From: Candidatus Gottesmanbacteria bacterium GW2011_GWA2_43_14
GTDB taxonomy: Bacteria; Patescibacteriota; Microgenomatia; 2-02-FULL-39-11
DNA: 64,000 bases
NCBI GenBank assembly: GCA_000999095.1
Contig: LCFP01000007.1
Span: 5,013-69,012, forward strand
Direction: 5' to 3'
A model generated the notes under the pieces. The model did not search any database. It was not told where the DNA came from and worked only from the letters and a program-made list of their open reading frames with translations. The translations under genes and the position numbers were made by a program. Positions 37,111 through 46,229 of the stretch are shown here, in pieces; position 1 is the stretch's first letter, and each line of letters begins with the position of its first letter.

Positions 37111-38502
37111 ATGCTACAATCCGGGATTAATTCCATGAACAGTGAGATTGATAGCGTCAGATTAGGCAGATTTGTTAAAACAATGACCATACAGCCCGGT
37201 ATCTATCCGGGACTTCTGGAGGGGAATTTTATTCCTGAAGATGCATTTACTGACTATAAGGATAATAAAATTGACAGAAATGTCCTCAAGGGACTCCTTT
37301 TCTTAAATTGCAATTCGTATGAAGAGATGAAGTCAGGTGTATATGAGCAAATTAAAGAATTGGATGATTCATTTGCCGTAGGAAAACCCGATATTGGATT
37401 TAAGGCGATATACGAAATGTTTAAATTTTCGGATTTGATTCCGGTGATGAATCTGGTAGAAAAAGCTATGACCGGAAATTACCGCCGGACGAGGGAACCG
37501 TATTTTGCCCATACAGTCAGGGTAGTTAAAAGATGTCTGGATTTTCTTGACGAGAATAGAAAAGTCTCGGAAAGAGGCGGGAATGTCATGAATTTTACCG
37601 CAGAAACTGCCAAAGCCTTTTTATTAATGGCCATTCTACATGACTTTCACGAGGATAAAGTTATGGATTATGATTCAGGCAAAGAAAATCAAATCGGAAG
37701 TTTTTATCTTGAGGAATTAACTGTTGAAAACGTAAATTCAGCCAAATTTGTCATAAAGTGTTTGCCCCGTCCTGAAATAAACGAAGAAGAATTAAATCTT
37801 ACTATATTAGGATCACAGGGAGTTCATTTACTGAGGGGATTGAGGACATTGAAATATCTCGGCAGGGAATCTGCGGATCAATTTAGGCAATTGGATGAAG
37901 CTACTGACATACTTCGCGAAATCAGAACTGTTTCAGCAGAAGTTGCCATTTGGGCGTATTTGCCTTTTCTGGTAAAACTTTTTGACCGAAAAGACAATCT
38001 CGACACCTATTTATTTTCACCGAAAGAAAAGCGTGATCATTTACCCGTATTGACGGTATTATCGGATATGACTGATTTAACTCAATATGATTATCGGACA
38101 CCAACCAGGGAGGAAATAATTGAAAAAATGTCTGAAGTGAAATATCTCTATTCAGCTGAGGTAAAACTCATCCGGACAATGGAGAAACTGCCGTTTTGGT
38201 ACAGAAATCTCAGGATGGTCAATGATGAATACAGGGAATTTTTACACATTTTTTCTAAAAAGTCCGCTAAATACCTCAAAAGAAGAGAATTCAGGCTTTC
38301 GCAGGATGAATATTCAGATGCCTTGACCGAAGTTTATGACAATAGGGATTTACGGATCAGAAAATTGGCGGGAGATGAGAATATAATTAAATTGCTGCCT
38401 TCATATACGGCAATTTTAATTTTATTAGGCAAAAATCCGAATGAAATTTATAAAGAGAATCCCTGGTCATTAAAAGGTCCATGGGTACCTGTCCCGCTTT
38501 AA
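37111..38502 (+). CDS. Second HD-domain (RelA/SpoT-type hydrolase fold) protein with an unknown C-terminal region.
   Basis: REPYFAHTVRVVKRCL, MAILHDFHEDK and KLFDRKDNLDT align to SpoT HD motifs. The ATG at 37111 is preferred, because the 36919 start overlaps proS by 136 nt. Confidence 0.5.
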   Translation: MLQSGINSMNSEIDSVRLGRFVKTMTIQPGIYPGLLEGNFIPEDAFTDYKDNKIDRNVLKGLLFLNCNSYEEMKSGVYEQIKELDDSFAVGKPDIGFKAIYEMFKFSDLIPVMNLVEKAMTGNYRRTREPYFAHTVRVVKRCLDFLDENRKVSERGGNVMNFTAETAKAFLLMAILHDFHEDKVMDYDSGKENQIGSFYLEELTVENVNSAKFVIKCLPRPEINEEELNLTILGSQGVHLLRGLRTLKYLGRESADQFRQLDEATDILREIRTVSAEVAIWAYLPFLVKLFDRKDNLDTYLFSPKEKRDHLPVLTVLSDMTDLTQYDYRTPTREEIIEKMSEVKYLYSAEVKLIRTMEKLPFWYRNLRMVNDEYREFLHIFSKKSAKYLKRREFRLSQDEYSDALTEVYDNRDLRIRKLAGDENIIKLLPSYTAILILLGKNPNEIYKENPWSLKGPWVPVPL

Positions 38503-38561
38503 AACAAAACTCAGCGGATATTTTTCTTGTGCAGGACGGCCGGTTGAGATAAAATAAACGG

Positions 38562-39425
38562 GTGAAAACCATCGTTACCCACTTTGCTCCGGATGTAGAT
38601 GCTGTCACCTCAGTTTGGCTTCTGAAAAGATTTTTACCTGCCTGGCATGAAGCGGAAGTGAAATATGTCCCGGCCGGCAAAACTTTGGACAATGACATCG
38701 TCGACAGCGATGAGGATATTCTGCACGTTGATACCGGCATGGGCTTTTTGGACCATCACCAGACGGACGAAGATACCTGCGCTGCCAAAAGAGTGCTGGA
38801 ATACCTTATCAAAGTGGAAGCCAAAAACAACAGAGCAAGACAGGTCGTAACTGGGGATATAGCTTTGGAAAGACTGGTCGAAGTAGTTAATGATATTGAC
38901 CATTTCCGCGAGGTTTACCTGCCGAATCCTATGTCCGATTTTTACGATTTCGGTTTGGTGTCCATTTTTGACGGTTGGAAACTGATATTCGGTGACGACT
39001 ATAACAGGATTGTGGATTTGGGTTTGCTGCAGCTTGACGGCATCTACCGCAATTTTCAGAATAAAGTATGGGCCGAAGGAGAGATTAAAAAAAACGGCAT
39101 TGAATTCAAAACAATTTGGGGCAAGGGTCTGGCCGCTGAGACAATCAATGATGAGGTGGTCAGGATAGCCCAGAGAATGGGGTATACAGTGGCTGTTCGC
39201 AAGGATCCCAAGAAGGATTATGTCCGGATTAAAGCCTTGCCGGCATCAAAAGCTGATTTAACGGCATGTTACAATATCTTAAGGATTAAAGACCCGAAAG
39301 CGACCTGGTTTTTGCATGCGTCAAAAAAAATGCTCTTAAACGGCTCAATTAAAAATCCGGAAAGCAAGCCGACATCTTTGACGTTAAGGGAAATAGTGGA
39401 CGTTTTGATAAAAACAAAAAAATGA
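38562..39425 (+). CDS. DHH-family phosphoesterase (NrnA-like).
   Basis: HFAPDVDAVTS and LDHHQ motifs. Confidence 0.55.
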   Translation: MKTIVTHFAPDVDAVTSVWLLKRFLPAWHEAEVKYVPAGKTLDNDIVDSDEDILHVDTGMGFLDHHQTDEDTCAAKRVLEYLIKVEAKNNRARQVVTGDIALERLVEVVNDIDHFREVYLPNPMSDFYDFGLVSIFDGWKLIFGDDYNRIVDLGLLQLDGIYRNFQNKVWAEGEIKKNGIEFKTIWGKGLAAETINDEVVRIAQRMGYTVAVRKDPKKDYVRIKALPASKADLTACYNILRIKDPKATWFLHASKKMLLNGSIKNPESKPTSLTLREIVDVLIKTKK

Positions 39426-39769
39426 ACGGATGCGTTTTCTGTAAAATAGTAAAAAAAGAAATTCCGGCCAAGGAAGTCTATCGTGACGGGGAGATTGTCG
39501 CTTTCCGCGATATCAACCCCAAGGCTCCGGTACATATTTTGGTCATTCCCGTAAAACATTTGGAAGATTTATCAAAAGCCGGACCGAAGGACAGGGAACT
39601 GTTGGGCAAGCTGCTTTATTCCGTAAAAGAGATAGCTGCCGGGGCAGGTTTGGAAAAATCCGGTTATAAACTGATATCCAATAACGGTATAGGTAGCGGC
39701 CAGCTGGTTTTTCATCTGCATTTCCACATTTTGGGAGGCTGGCAGAAAAAACCGGAGTGGCAGGTTTGA
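39422..39769 (+). CDS. HIT-family (histidine triad) protein.
   Basis: CVFCKI near the N-terminus and the HLHFHILGG triad. Confidence 0.85.
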   Translation: MNGCVFCKIVKKEIPAKEVYRDGEIVAFRDINPKAPVHILVIPVKHLEDLSKAGPKDRELLGKLLYSVKEIAAGAGLEKSGYKLISNNGIGSGQLVFHLHFHILGGWQKKPEWQV

Positions 39770-39791
39770 AGGGAGGTGTTTTTTTAAACAA

Positions 39792-39992
39792 ATGGTATAT
39801 GTTAAAGCGTCACCGGGTGATACATCTGATTCGCTGATCCGTAAATTTACCAAAAAGGTTATCGCGGAAGGGCTCCTTTTGGAATTCAAACGCAAAGAAT
39901 TTTATCAAAAACCGGCGGAGATCCGTAAGGAAGCAAAAAAAGAAATTCAGCGAAGGATGAAAGCACGCCGCCGCAATAAAATCAGGAAATAA
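39792..39992 (+). CDS. rpsU: 30S ribosomal protein S21.
   Basis: The product is 66 aa. It has a basic C-terminus and a KRKEFYQKP motif similar to S21 RREFYEKP. Confidence 0.75.
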   Translation: MVYVKASPGDTSDSLIRKFTKKVIAEGLLLEFKRKEFYQKPAEIRKEAKKEIQRRMKARRRNKIRK

Positions 39993-40009
39993 AATCTCGA
40001 TCGACGATA

Positions 40010-40402
40010 ATGGCAGATATTCTCATAAAGACAGATTCTCATTATAAAGTAAACCGGGGAAGAATCAGGAAACTGATTGAAAATTTTTTGGGAGAAAGAA
40101 AAGTCAGGCACAAAGTGGAAGTCAGCTTGTCCGTGGTAGGCGACAGGCAGATGAAAAAACTGAACAATGATTACCGTAAGCTCGATATGACGACAGACGT
40201 CCTATCTTTTCCTTTGAGCCCTATGGAGAGCGGGACTGTTTTTGTCGATGCTCCGGATAATATTTTGAGACTGGGTGATATCGTCATTTCATACCCGCAG
40301 GTGATAGAGTCTGCTTCGGAAGAGGATAAGCTGGTAGATGATAAAATAGATGAACTGATTATCCATGGATTGAAACATCTGCTGGGTCAGCACCACGAGT
40401 AA
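40010..40402 (+). CDS. ybeY: rRNA maturation endoribonuclease YbeY.
   Basis: HGLKHLLGQHH matches the H-x3-H-x5-H zinc motif. The product is 130 aa. Confidence 0.8.
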   Translation: MADILIKTDSHYKVNRGRIRKLIENFLGERKVRHKVEVSLSVVGDRQMKKLNNDYRKLDMTTDVLSFPLSPMESGTVFVDAPDNILRLGDIVISYPQVIESASEEDKLVDDKIDELIIHGLKHLLGQHHE

Positions 40403-40408
40403 CTATTT

Positions 40409-41455
40409 ATGGTTTTATACCGCAAGTACCGTCCGCAGAAAATAGCCGATTTGGATATCAAAGAGGTTCGGGAAAAACTGGAAAAAACATTAGCCTCCAA
40501 TTACCGTCCCCATGCCTATTTGTTTGCCGGACCTAAAGGTACAGGAAAGACTTCCGCTGCCAGGATTATCGCCAAAATTCTTAACTGCGAAAAATTGGAC
40601 GGTAAGTCAAAAGAATACGAGCCCTGCAACAACTGCGATTCCTGTCAGGCCATAACAGACGGCCGGCATTTTGACATCTTGGAAATCGACGCTGCTTCCA
40701 ACCGCGGAATCGAGGAAATCCGTGATTTGCGTGAAAAGATCAAACTGGCTCCTGTTTCGGGAAAGTTCAAAACTTACATCATTGATGAAGTTCACATGCT
40801 GACGACAGAGGCATTTAATGCCCTTCTGAAAACACTGGAGGAGCCTCCTCTTCATGCTGTATTCGTACTGGCTACCACGGAACCCGACAGGATGCCGGGG
40901 ACAATCAAATCCAGATGCGTTACTTTTCCCTTCCGCAAGGCCACCCGGGAAGAAGTGGTCCATTCTTTAAACCGGGTTATCAGGGGTGAAGGAGTCAAGC
41001 TGGATACAAAAATCATCAATGAAATTGCAGAGGTTGCCGACGGTTCATTTCGTGATGCCACCAAAATCCTGGAGCAGGTATTAAGCGAAAAAATCGACAG
41101 CATCGAAAAACTCCATATGTCTTTGGGTAGGCTGGTTGTTTCACCGGAAGTATTTTTATGGAAACTGAAAGAAAAAAAAGTCAGGGAGCTTTTGCAGATG
41201 ATCGTGGAGATGGGCAGTCAGGGCGCTGATTTCCGTTTTTTTGTGACATCCCTGCTTAATCTTTTACATGCTCTGCTGTTGGCTGCCAATGGCCTTCCGC
41301 AAACCGATGTTTCAGAAAAAATGAAAGGCGCATATACTTCAAAAGAGATCAGTGAGCTGATCAGGCATTTTTCCGACGTTTACCAGGAATTGCGTTTTAT
41401 CAGCAGGCCGGAATTGCCGCTTGAGACAGCGGTTGTAGCCTGGTGCGAAAAATAA
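40409..41455 (+). CDS. dnaX: DNA polymerase III gamma/tau subunit, short form (348 aa).
   Basis: YRPQKIADL, GPKGTGKTS, CNNCDSC, IIDEVHML and TIKSRC. Confidence 0.9.
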   Translation: MVLYRKYRPQKIADLDIKEVREKLEKTLASNYRPHAYLFAGPKGTGKTSAARIIAKILNCEKLDGKSKEYEPCNNCDSCQAITDGRHFDILEIDAASNRGIEEIRDLREKIKLAPVSGKFKTYIIDEVHMLTTEAFNALLKTLEEPPLHAVFVLATTEPDRMPGTIKSRCVTFPFRKATREEVVHSLNRVIRGEGVKLDTKIINEIAEVADGSFRDATKILEQVLSEKIDSIEKLHMSLGRLVVSPEVFLWKLKEKKVRELLQMIVEMGSQGADFRFFVTSLLNLLHALLLAANGLPQTDVSEKMKGAYTSKEISELIRHFSDVYQELRFISRPELPLETAVVAWCEK

Positions 41456-41466
41456 TTAACCCAATT

Positions 41467-41499
41467 AACCTGGGAGGTTGCGTAGATACGCAACCTGGG
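41467..41499 (+). repeat. REP-like palindromic element, copy 2.
   Basis: AACCTGGGAGGTTGCGTAGATACGCAACCTGGG. The stem GGTTGCGTA pairs with TACGCAACC. Confidence 0.75.
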
Positions 41500-41550
41500 A
41501 AATTAGACTATAAATAATTATTAATATTTTAGGGAAGGAGGTAGATAAAT

Positions 41551-41844
41551 ATGTTTAATCCGTTTAAAACATTTGGTGACTTGAAATCGATGCGGGACCA
41601 GGCCATTAAAATGCAGCAGGCTTTAGCGCAGGAAGAGGTTGTAGTTGAGAAAAACGGCGTCAAGGTAGTTATGTCCGGGGACCAGAAGATCAAGGAATTG
41701 ACGATAGACGGTCAGGAACATCACCGCGCCAAAGATGCCATAGCCGAGGCTATTAAAAAATCACAGGAGATTGCAGCCAAAAAACTGACGGAAATTTCCG
41801 GCGGGCTCCAGGGATTGATGGGCGGCGGCGGCTCCGGCCAATAA
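41551..41844 (+). CDS. ybaB: Nucleoid-associated protein YbaB/EbfC.
   Basis: The product is 97 aa, lies in the conserved position after dnaX, and has a Gly-rich tail. Confidence 0.8.
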   Translation: MFNPFKTFGDLKSMRDQAIKMQQALAQEEVVVEKNGVKVVMSGDQKIKELTIDGQEHHRAKDAIAEAIKKSQEIAAKKLTEISGGLQGLMGGGGSGQ

Positions 41845-41903
41845 ATAGTAAATTTTCCGATCCAGGATCGTTACAGGTAGGACGATCCGGGAAAAATTGC
41901 TAA

Positions 41904-42845
41904 ATGATTATAATTTCCGGTTCCCTGGCTTACGACCAGATCATGGATTTTCCGGGCAGGTTTTCCGAGCACATCATGCCGGAAAAACTGCATATCCTTA
42001 ACCTTTCTTTTCTGGTGGATACGTTAAGAAAAGGCTTCGGAGGCACAGCCGGGAATATTGCTTATTCTTTATCCCTTCTGGGAAATGAAATTGCGCTTTG
42101 TGGCACTGTCGGCCGTGATTTTGCGCCATATCGTAAATTTTTAAACAGTCATAAGATCTCAACCGGGTATGTTAAAGAAGTGGAAGGATTGCATACTTCT
42201 TCTGCTTTCGGCATTACTGATTCTACAGACAATCAGATTTGGGGGTTTTACACCGGAGCTGATGCGGCAAGTGATAATTTGTCCGTAACAGACATTAAAG
42301 AGAAAATCGATTTTGCCGTTATAGCCCCGCATAATCCCAAGGCGATGGTCAAGTTTGCCCGTGAATATACAGCCAAAAAAATTCCTTATCTGTTTGATCC
42401 TGGTATGCAACTCAGATGGTTGGGTAAAGATGATTTGCGTATCGGATTTAAAGGGGCTGAGGTTATTATCGGCAATGATTATGAAATTGAAATTATGCAA
42501 CAGAAAACCGGTATAACAGAACTGCACCGTTATTATCCGGAAAAAGTTATCATAACGACTTTAGGTGAAAAAGGTTCCAGATTGTCCCTAAAGGGTGAGA
42601 CAGTAAATGTTCAAAGGGCGAAAGTGAAGAGTGCTCTCGACCCGGCCGGTGCAGGTGATGCCTATCGCTCGGGTTTTCTGGCGGGATTTTTACGAAAATT
42701 ACCTCTTAAAACCTGTGGTCAGATGGGTTCAGTTGCTGCCGCTTACACCGTCGAAAAATACGGCACGACTACCCATACATTCACACTGGCCGGATTCAAA
42801 AAGCGCTATCGCGAAAATTTTTCTGTTGACCTGAAATTTCCCTGA
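41904..42845 (+). CDS. PfkB-family carbohydrate/nucleoside kinase (ribokinase/adenosine kinase-like).
   Basis: DPAGAGDAYRSGF is the PfkB signature 2, and there is an N-terminal GG motif. Confidence 0.7.
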   Translation: MIIISGSLAYDQIMDFPGRFSEHIMPEKLHILNLSFLVDTLRKGFGGTAGNIAYSLSLLGNEIALCGTVGRDFAPYRKFLNSHKISTGYVKEVEGLHTSSAFGITDSTDNQIWGFYTGADAASDNLSVTDIKEKIDFAVIAPHNPKAMVKFAREYTAKKIPYLFDPGMQLRWLGKDDLRIGFKGAEVIIGNDYEIEIMQQKTGITELHRYYPEKVIITTLGEKGSRLSLKGETVNVQRAKVKSALDPAGAGDAYRSGFLAGFLRKLPLKTCGQMGSVAAAYTVEKYGTTTHTFTLAGFKKRYRENFSVDLKFP

Positions 42846-43845
42846 CAAAATTATAAACTTCCTCTTTTTTTTCTCCTGTTAAAATTTCCGGCTGGTTGTA
42901 GCCGCTTATAAAAATAGGAATGACTTCGGCATCGGCAATTTGACTGCCGACCAGATAAGTTTTAACGAGCATACCGGTTTTGGTTTCCTCGCTCCATTCC
43001 TGGTCAAAGATAAAATTGCCATGGGCATAGACAATCAGTTTATCCCTGTAAACTTCAAGCGGTTGAATCCAGTGGGGATGGTTGCCATTGATGAAATCTG
43101 CACCGTTATCAATTGCTTCACGGGCTAGCCGAATGGTTTGGTTCGCAGGGTATCTTACGTATTCGGCACCCCAGTGAAAGGATACCATCAGGAAATCGAC
43201 CTGCGCTTTTGCCGCTCTGATTTCCCCCAATATGATTTGCCTGTCGGGATTATCAAGAATGTTGTAAGCCAGAATTCCGATGCGTAATCCCTTAATTTCA
43301 TTTACAGCCAAATTACTCAGGGCTGAAGTTACGGCGGTCGGCCCGGCAAAGAGAATATTATTTTGTTCCAAAAGTCTTTTTGACTGGCTTAATCCCTCCC
43401 GGCCGTGGTTGAGGGAATGGTTATTGCCCAAAGTGGCTGCATCAATTCCTGCAAACAACAGCCCATCAATAAACCGCTGATCGCCGCAAAAAACCATGCC
43501 TTCCGTTGTCAGGGGACAGTCTGCAATCAGTGGAGCTTCCAAATTAATTATCGTCATGTCGCTGTTTTTCAAAAAATCGGCAGTTTTATGAAAAGGCAGT
43601 GTGAAGTCGTTGTTCTGACTCATTTTAAAATTTACTGTCCTGGCCGGAATCACATCGCCGGTGGTTATTATGCTGATGGACTGGTTTAAAGTACGGTTAT
43701 CAACGTAACGATCAAAAATTTTTTCCAGAGTGATCGGAGCAAGAATCGGGGAGGGATTGACAGCAGGAGTAGGCGGAATATTGGGACCGGCGGTAATATT
43801 AAAAAAAGACAGGATAAAAGTTGAGATAAGGCGCAACAGTTGCAT
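42796..43845 (-). CDS. CapA/PgsA-family metallophosphatase-like protein, exported.
   Basis: A signal peptide, FHWGAEY and GNHPH motifs. Confidence 0.65.
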   Translation of the reverse strand: MQLLRLISTFILSFFNITAGPNIPPTPAVNPSPILAPITLEKIFDRYVDNRTLNQSISIITTGDVIPARTVNFKMSQNNDFTLPFHKTADFLKNSDMTIINLEAPLIADCPLTTEGMVFCGDQRFIDGLLFAGIDAATLGNNHSLNHGREGLSQSKRLLEQNNILFAGPTAVTSALSNLAVNEIKGLRIGILAYNILDNPDRQIILGEIRAAKAQVDFLMVSFHWGAEYVRYPANQTIRLAREAIDNGADFINGNHPHWIQPLEVYRDKLIVYAHGNFIFDQEWSEETKTGMLVKTYLVGSQIADAEVIPIFISGYNQPEILTGEKKEEVYNFVREISGQQKNFRDSAF

Positions 43846-43874
43846 AGAATCTCCTAAAAGATTATATATTATAT

Positions 43875-45134
43875 ATGAATTCTTATGATGTAGCGGATAT
43901 TAAAAAGGCAAAAGAGGGGAAACTGAAAATTGAATGGGCGGAAAAACACATGCCCGTTCTAAATTTAATCAGAGAAGAATTTTCCCGAACCAAACCTCTT
44001 AAAGGATTAACCATAGGTGCTTGTTTACATGTGACTACCGCGACAGCCAATCTGATGCTGGCTTTGACGGCCGGCGGGGCGCGAGTCGCCCTGTGCGCCT
44101 GCAACCCGCTGTCTACCCAGGATGATATCGCGGCTTCCCTGGCGGTTGATTTTGGTTTAAATATTTATGCCATCCGCGGAGAGGACAACAAAACTTATTA
44201 CCGGCATATTGATGCTGTTTTGGATATGCATCCCAATATAACTTTGGATGACGGCGGGGATTTGATTTTTATCCTGCATAAAAAACGGACCAAACAACTC
44301 AGGGAAATCATCGGTTCCAATGAAGAAACAACCACCGGCGTTATAAGGCTCAAAGCCATGGCCAGGGATAATGCTTTGAAAGTGCCGGCATTGGCTGTTA
44401 ATTACAGCAAAACCAAACATATGTTTGATAACCGCTACGGTACGGGCCAGTCAACCATTGACGGCATTTTGAGAGCGACCAATATTTTATTGGCAGGTAA
44501 AAAATTTGTGGTTGCCGGATACGGTTGGTGCGGCCGGGGATTGGCAGCGCGGGCGAGGGGTATGGGCGCTCATGTAGTTGTCACAGAAGTGGATCCGGTC
44601 AAAGCCCTTGAGGCGATCATGGACGGTTTTGAAGTTATGCCGATAGCGAAAGCTGCGGTAATCGGAGATATTTTTGTGACGGTTACAGGCAACAAAAGCG
44701 TCATTACATATAATCATATAAAGAAAATGAAGGACGGAGCCATTTTGGCCAACAGCGGCCATTTCAACGCCGAAATCGAAATCGAGCAGTTGGAAAAAAA
44801 TACCGTCCGTAAAAGAAAAATGCGCCCATCGGCAGACGAATTTACCTTAAAAGACAAAAGCAGGCGTTACGTTTTAGCTGAAGGCAGGCTGGTCAATTTA
44901 GCCGCTGCCGAAGGCCATCCTGATGAAGTGATGGACATGTCCTTTGCCAATCAGGCTTTGGCCTGTCAGTGGCTGTTAGAGCATAAAGGTAAACTGGAAA
45001 ACAGAGTTTACCAGCTTCCTGATTCTGTCGATTGGCGGATCGCCTCCCTGAAATTGAAGGCAATGGGTGTTGGGATCGATAAACTGACCGCCGAGCAGCA
45101 GAAATACCTTTCCAGCTGGCAGGAAGGCACCTGA
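43875..45134 (+). CDS. ahcY: Adenosylhomocysteinase.
   Basis: The product is 419 aa, has an NAD-binding VAGYGWCGRG, and matches SAHH throughout. Confidence 0.9.
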   Translation: MNSYDVADIKKAKEGKLKIEWAEKHMPVLNLIREEFSRTKPLKGLTIGACLHVTTATANLMLALTAGGARVALCACNPLSTQDDIAASLAVDFGLNIYAIRGEDNKTYYRHIDAVLDMHPNITLDDGGDLIFILHKKRTKQLREIIGSNEETTTGVIRLKAMARDNALKVPALAVNYSKTKHMFDNRYGTGQSTIDGILRATNILLAGKKFVVAGYGWCGRGLAARARGMGAHVVVTEVDPVKALEAIMDGFEVMPIAKAAVIGDIFVTVTGNKSVITYNHIKKMKDGAILANSGHFNAEIEIEQLEKNTVRKRKMRPSADEFTLKDKSRRYVLAEGRLVNLAAAEGHPDEVMDMSFANQALACQWLLEHKGKLENRVYQLPDSVDWRIASLKLKAMGVGIDKLTAEQQKYLSSWQEGT

Positions 45135-45187
45135 TCTTGATATTTTATTATTATTCGTTTATTCTGAGGTCTCTGATCCCTTAATAT

Positions 45188-46063
45188 ATGGTTGATGACA
45201 AACTAAGTAAATGGACCTACCGGGCTCCGGATAAAATCGAAAAGGGCAGCCTGCATGTTGAAGTCATCGCCGATTATGCCGGCATCCATGCCACCGATCA
45301 CGCTTTTTCCGAAGTCCGCAATCACTTTTTCCGTTTTGACAAAAAAGAAGTAATCAGAACCATTACCGATCATCCTGTTTACGCCTTTTCCACCATAGAA
45401 ACCGGTTTCTGGATTGCCCAGGAGGCCCTTCACAGCGAACACCGCAATCTGGTTATTTTTTCCAATACCGCGCCCCGGGGAGATATTAAGTGGGAAGGGG
45501 AGCAGCGGCAGGCTTTTGCCGCCGGTATATTAAATAACGGCATGCCGGTTTTTGCCGTTCATGCAGGCTACAATTTATCTTTTATCAAAAACGATTTAAA
45601 TGGACTTTGGGAAGTCAAAGTACCTAATCAGGGTACACAGTTCAGATCACGTGACTATTACCCGAAAGCAACCATGGAAATTTTAAACGGGGATTTGTCC
45701 AGGTTAGGCAGGGAAATTGATATTAAAACCATTCCTGAAATTCCCAAATTTGCCGTGGCTTCGGTTGACGGTTACGGAAATTTAAAAACAACCATCCGCA
45801 AAAGCTATTTATCTCCAGCTGTTTTAGATTCCCCGCTTGTCAGAATTGCTTTGAATAAACATTATCATTTTGCCTTAAATACACTTGGCCGGGGCATTAA
45901 GGGGAAAGTCGGTGATTTATGCATGGTTTCCGGCTCCTCGGGAGGCAAAGGCAGAAATTTTCTGGAAGTCATAAAACTGCAGATGAGAGCGGCAGATGAA
46001 TTTGCTGTTGATGGCCCGCGTGACGATTTAGGCAAGATTGAAATCACCCCTGCCAGAATCTGA
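45188..46063 (+). CDS. Probable DUF62-family SAM hydroxide adenosyltransferase-like protein (SAM hydrolase).
   Basis: FRSRDYYPKATMEILNG resembles F-x-GRD-x-FAP-x-AA, and VASVDGYGNLKTTI resembles iDrFGNlitN. The context is ahcY plus transsulfuration. Confidence 0.4.
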   Translation: MVDDKLSKWTYRAPDKIEKGSLHVEVIADYAGIHATDHAFSEVRNHFFRFDKKEVIRTITDHPVYAFSTIETGFWIAQEALHSEHRNLVIFSNTAPRGDIKWEGEQRQAFAAGILNNGMPVFAVHAGYNLSFIKNDLNGLWEVKVPNQGTQFRSRDYYPKATMEILNGDLSRLGREIDIKTIPEIPKFAVASVDGYGNLKTTIRKSYLSPAVLDSPLVRIALNKHYHFALNTLGRGIKGKVGDLCMVSGSSGGKGRNFLEVIKLQMRAADEFAVDGPRDDLGKIEITPARI

Positions 46064-46154
46064 ACCCTCTTGACAGTTTGTTTCATTTAGGATATCTTTC
46101 TTGACAATAATTATGAAAATCTTCTCTATCTGTTTCATTTGTACTTCCTGTTTT

Positions 46155-46224
46155 GGGAGGCGCTTGTAACGAGCGAGAAGATTTTATATAAAAGCCTCCC
46201 TTAAGATCCGGGGAGGTTTTTTTT
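46155..46224 (+). promoter_or_regulatory. Leader with mutually exclusive hairpins (antiterminator/terminator) plus a T8 tract, 5 nt upstream of the ATG.
   Basis: GGGAGGC (46155-46161) can pair with GCCTCCC (46194-46200), or CCTCCC can pair with CCGGGGAGG (46208-46216), which is followed by TTTTTTTT. Two TTGACA boxes lie upstream at 46067 and 46100. Confidence 0.45.
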
Positions 46225-46229
46225 AATCT

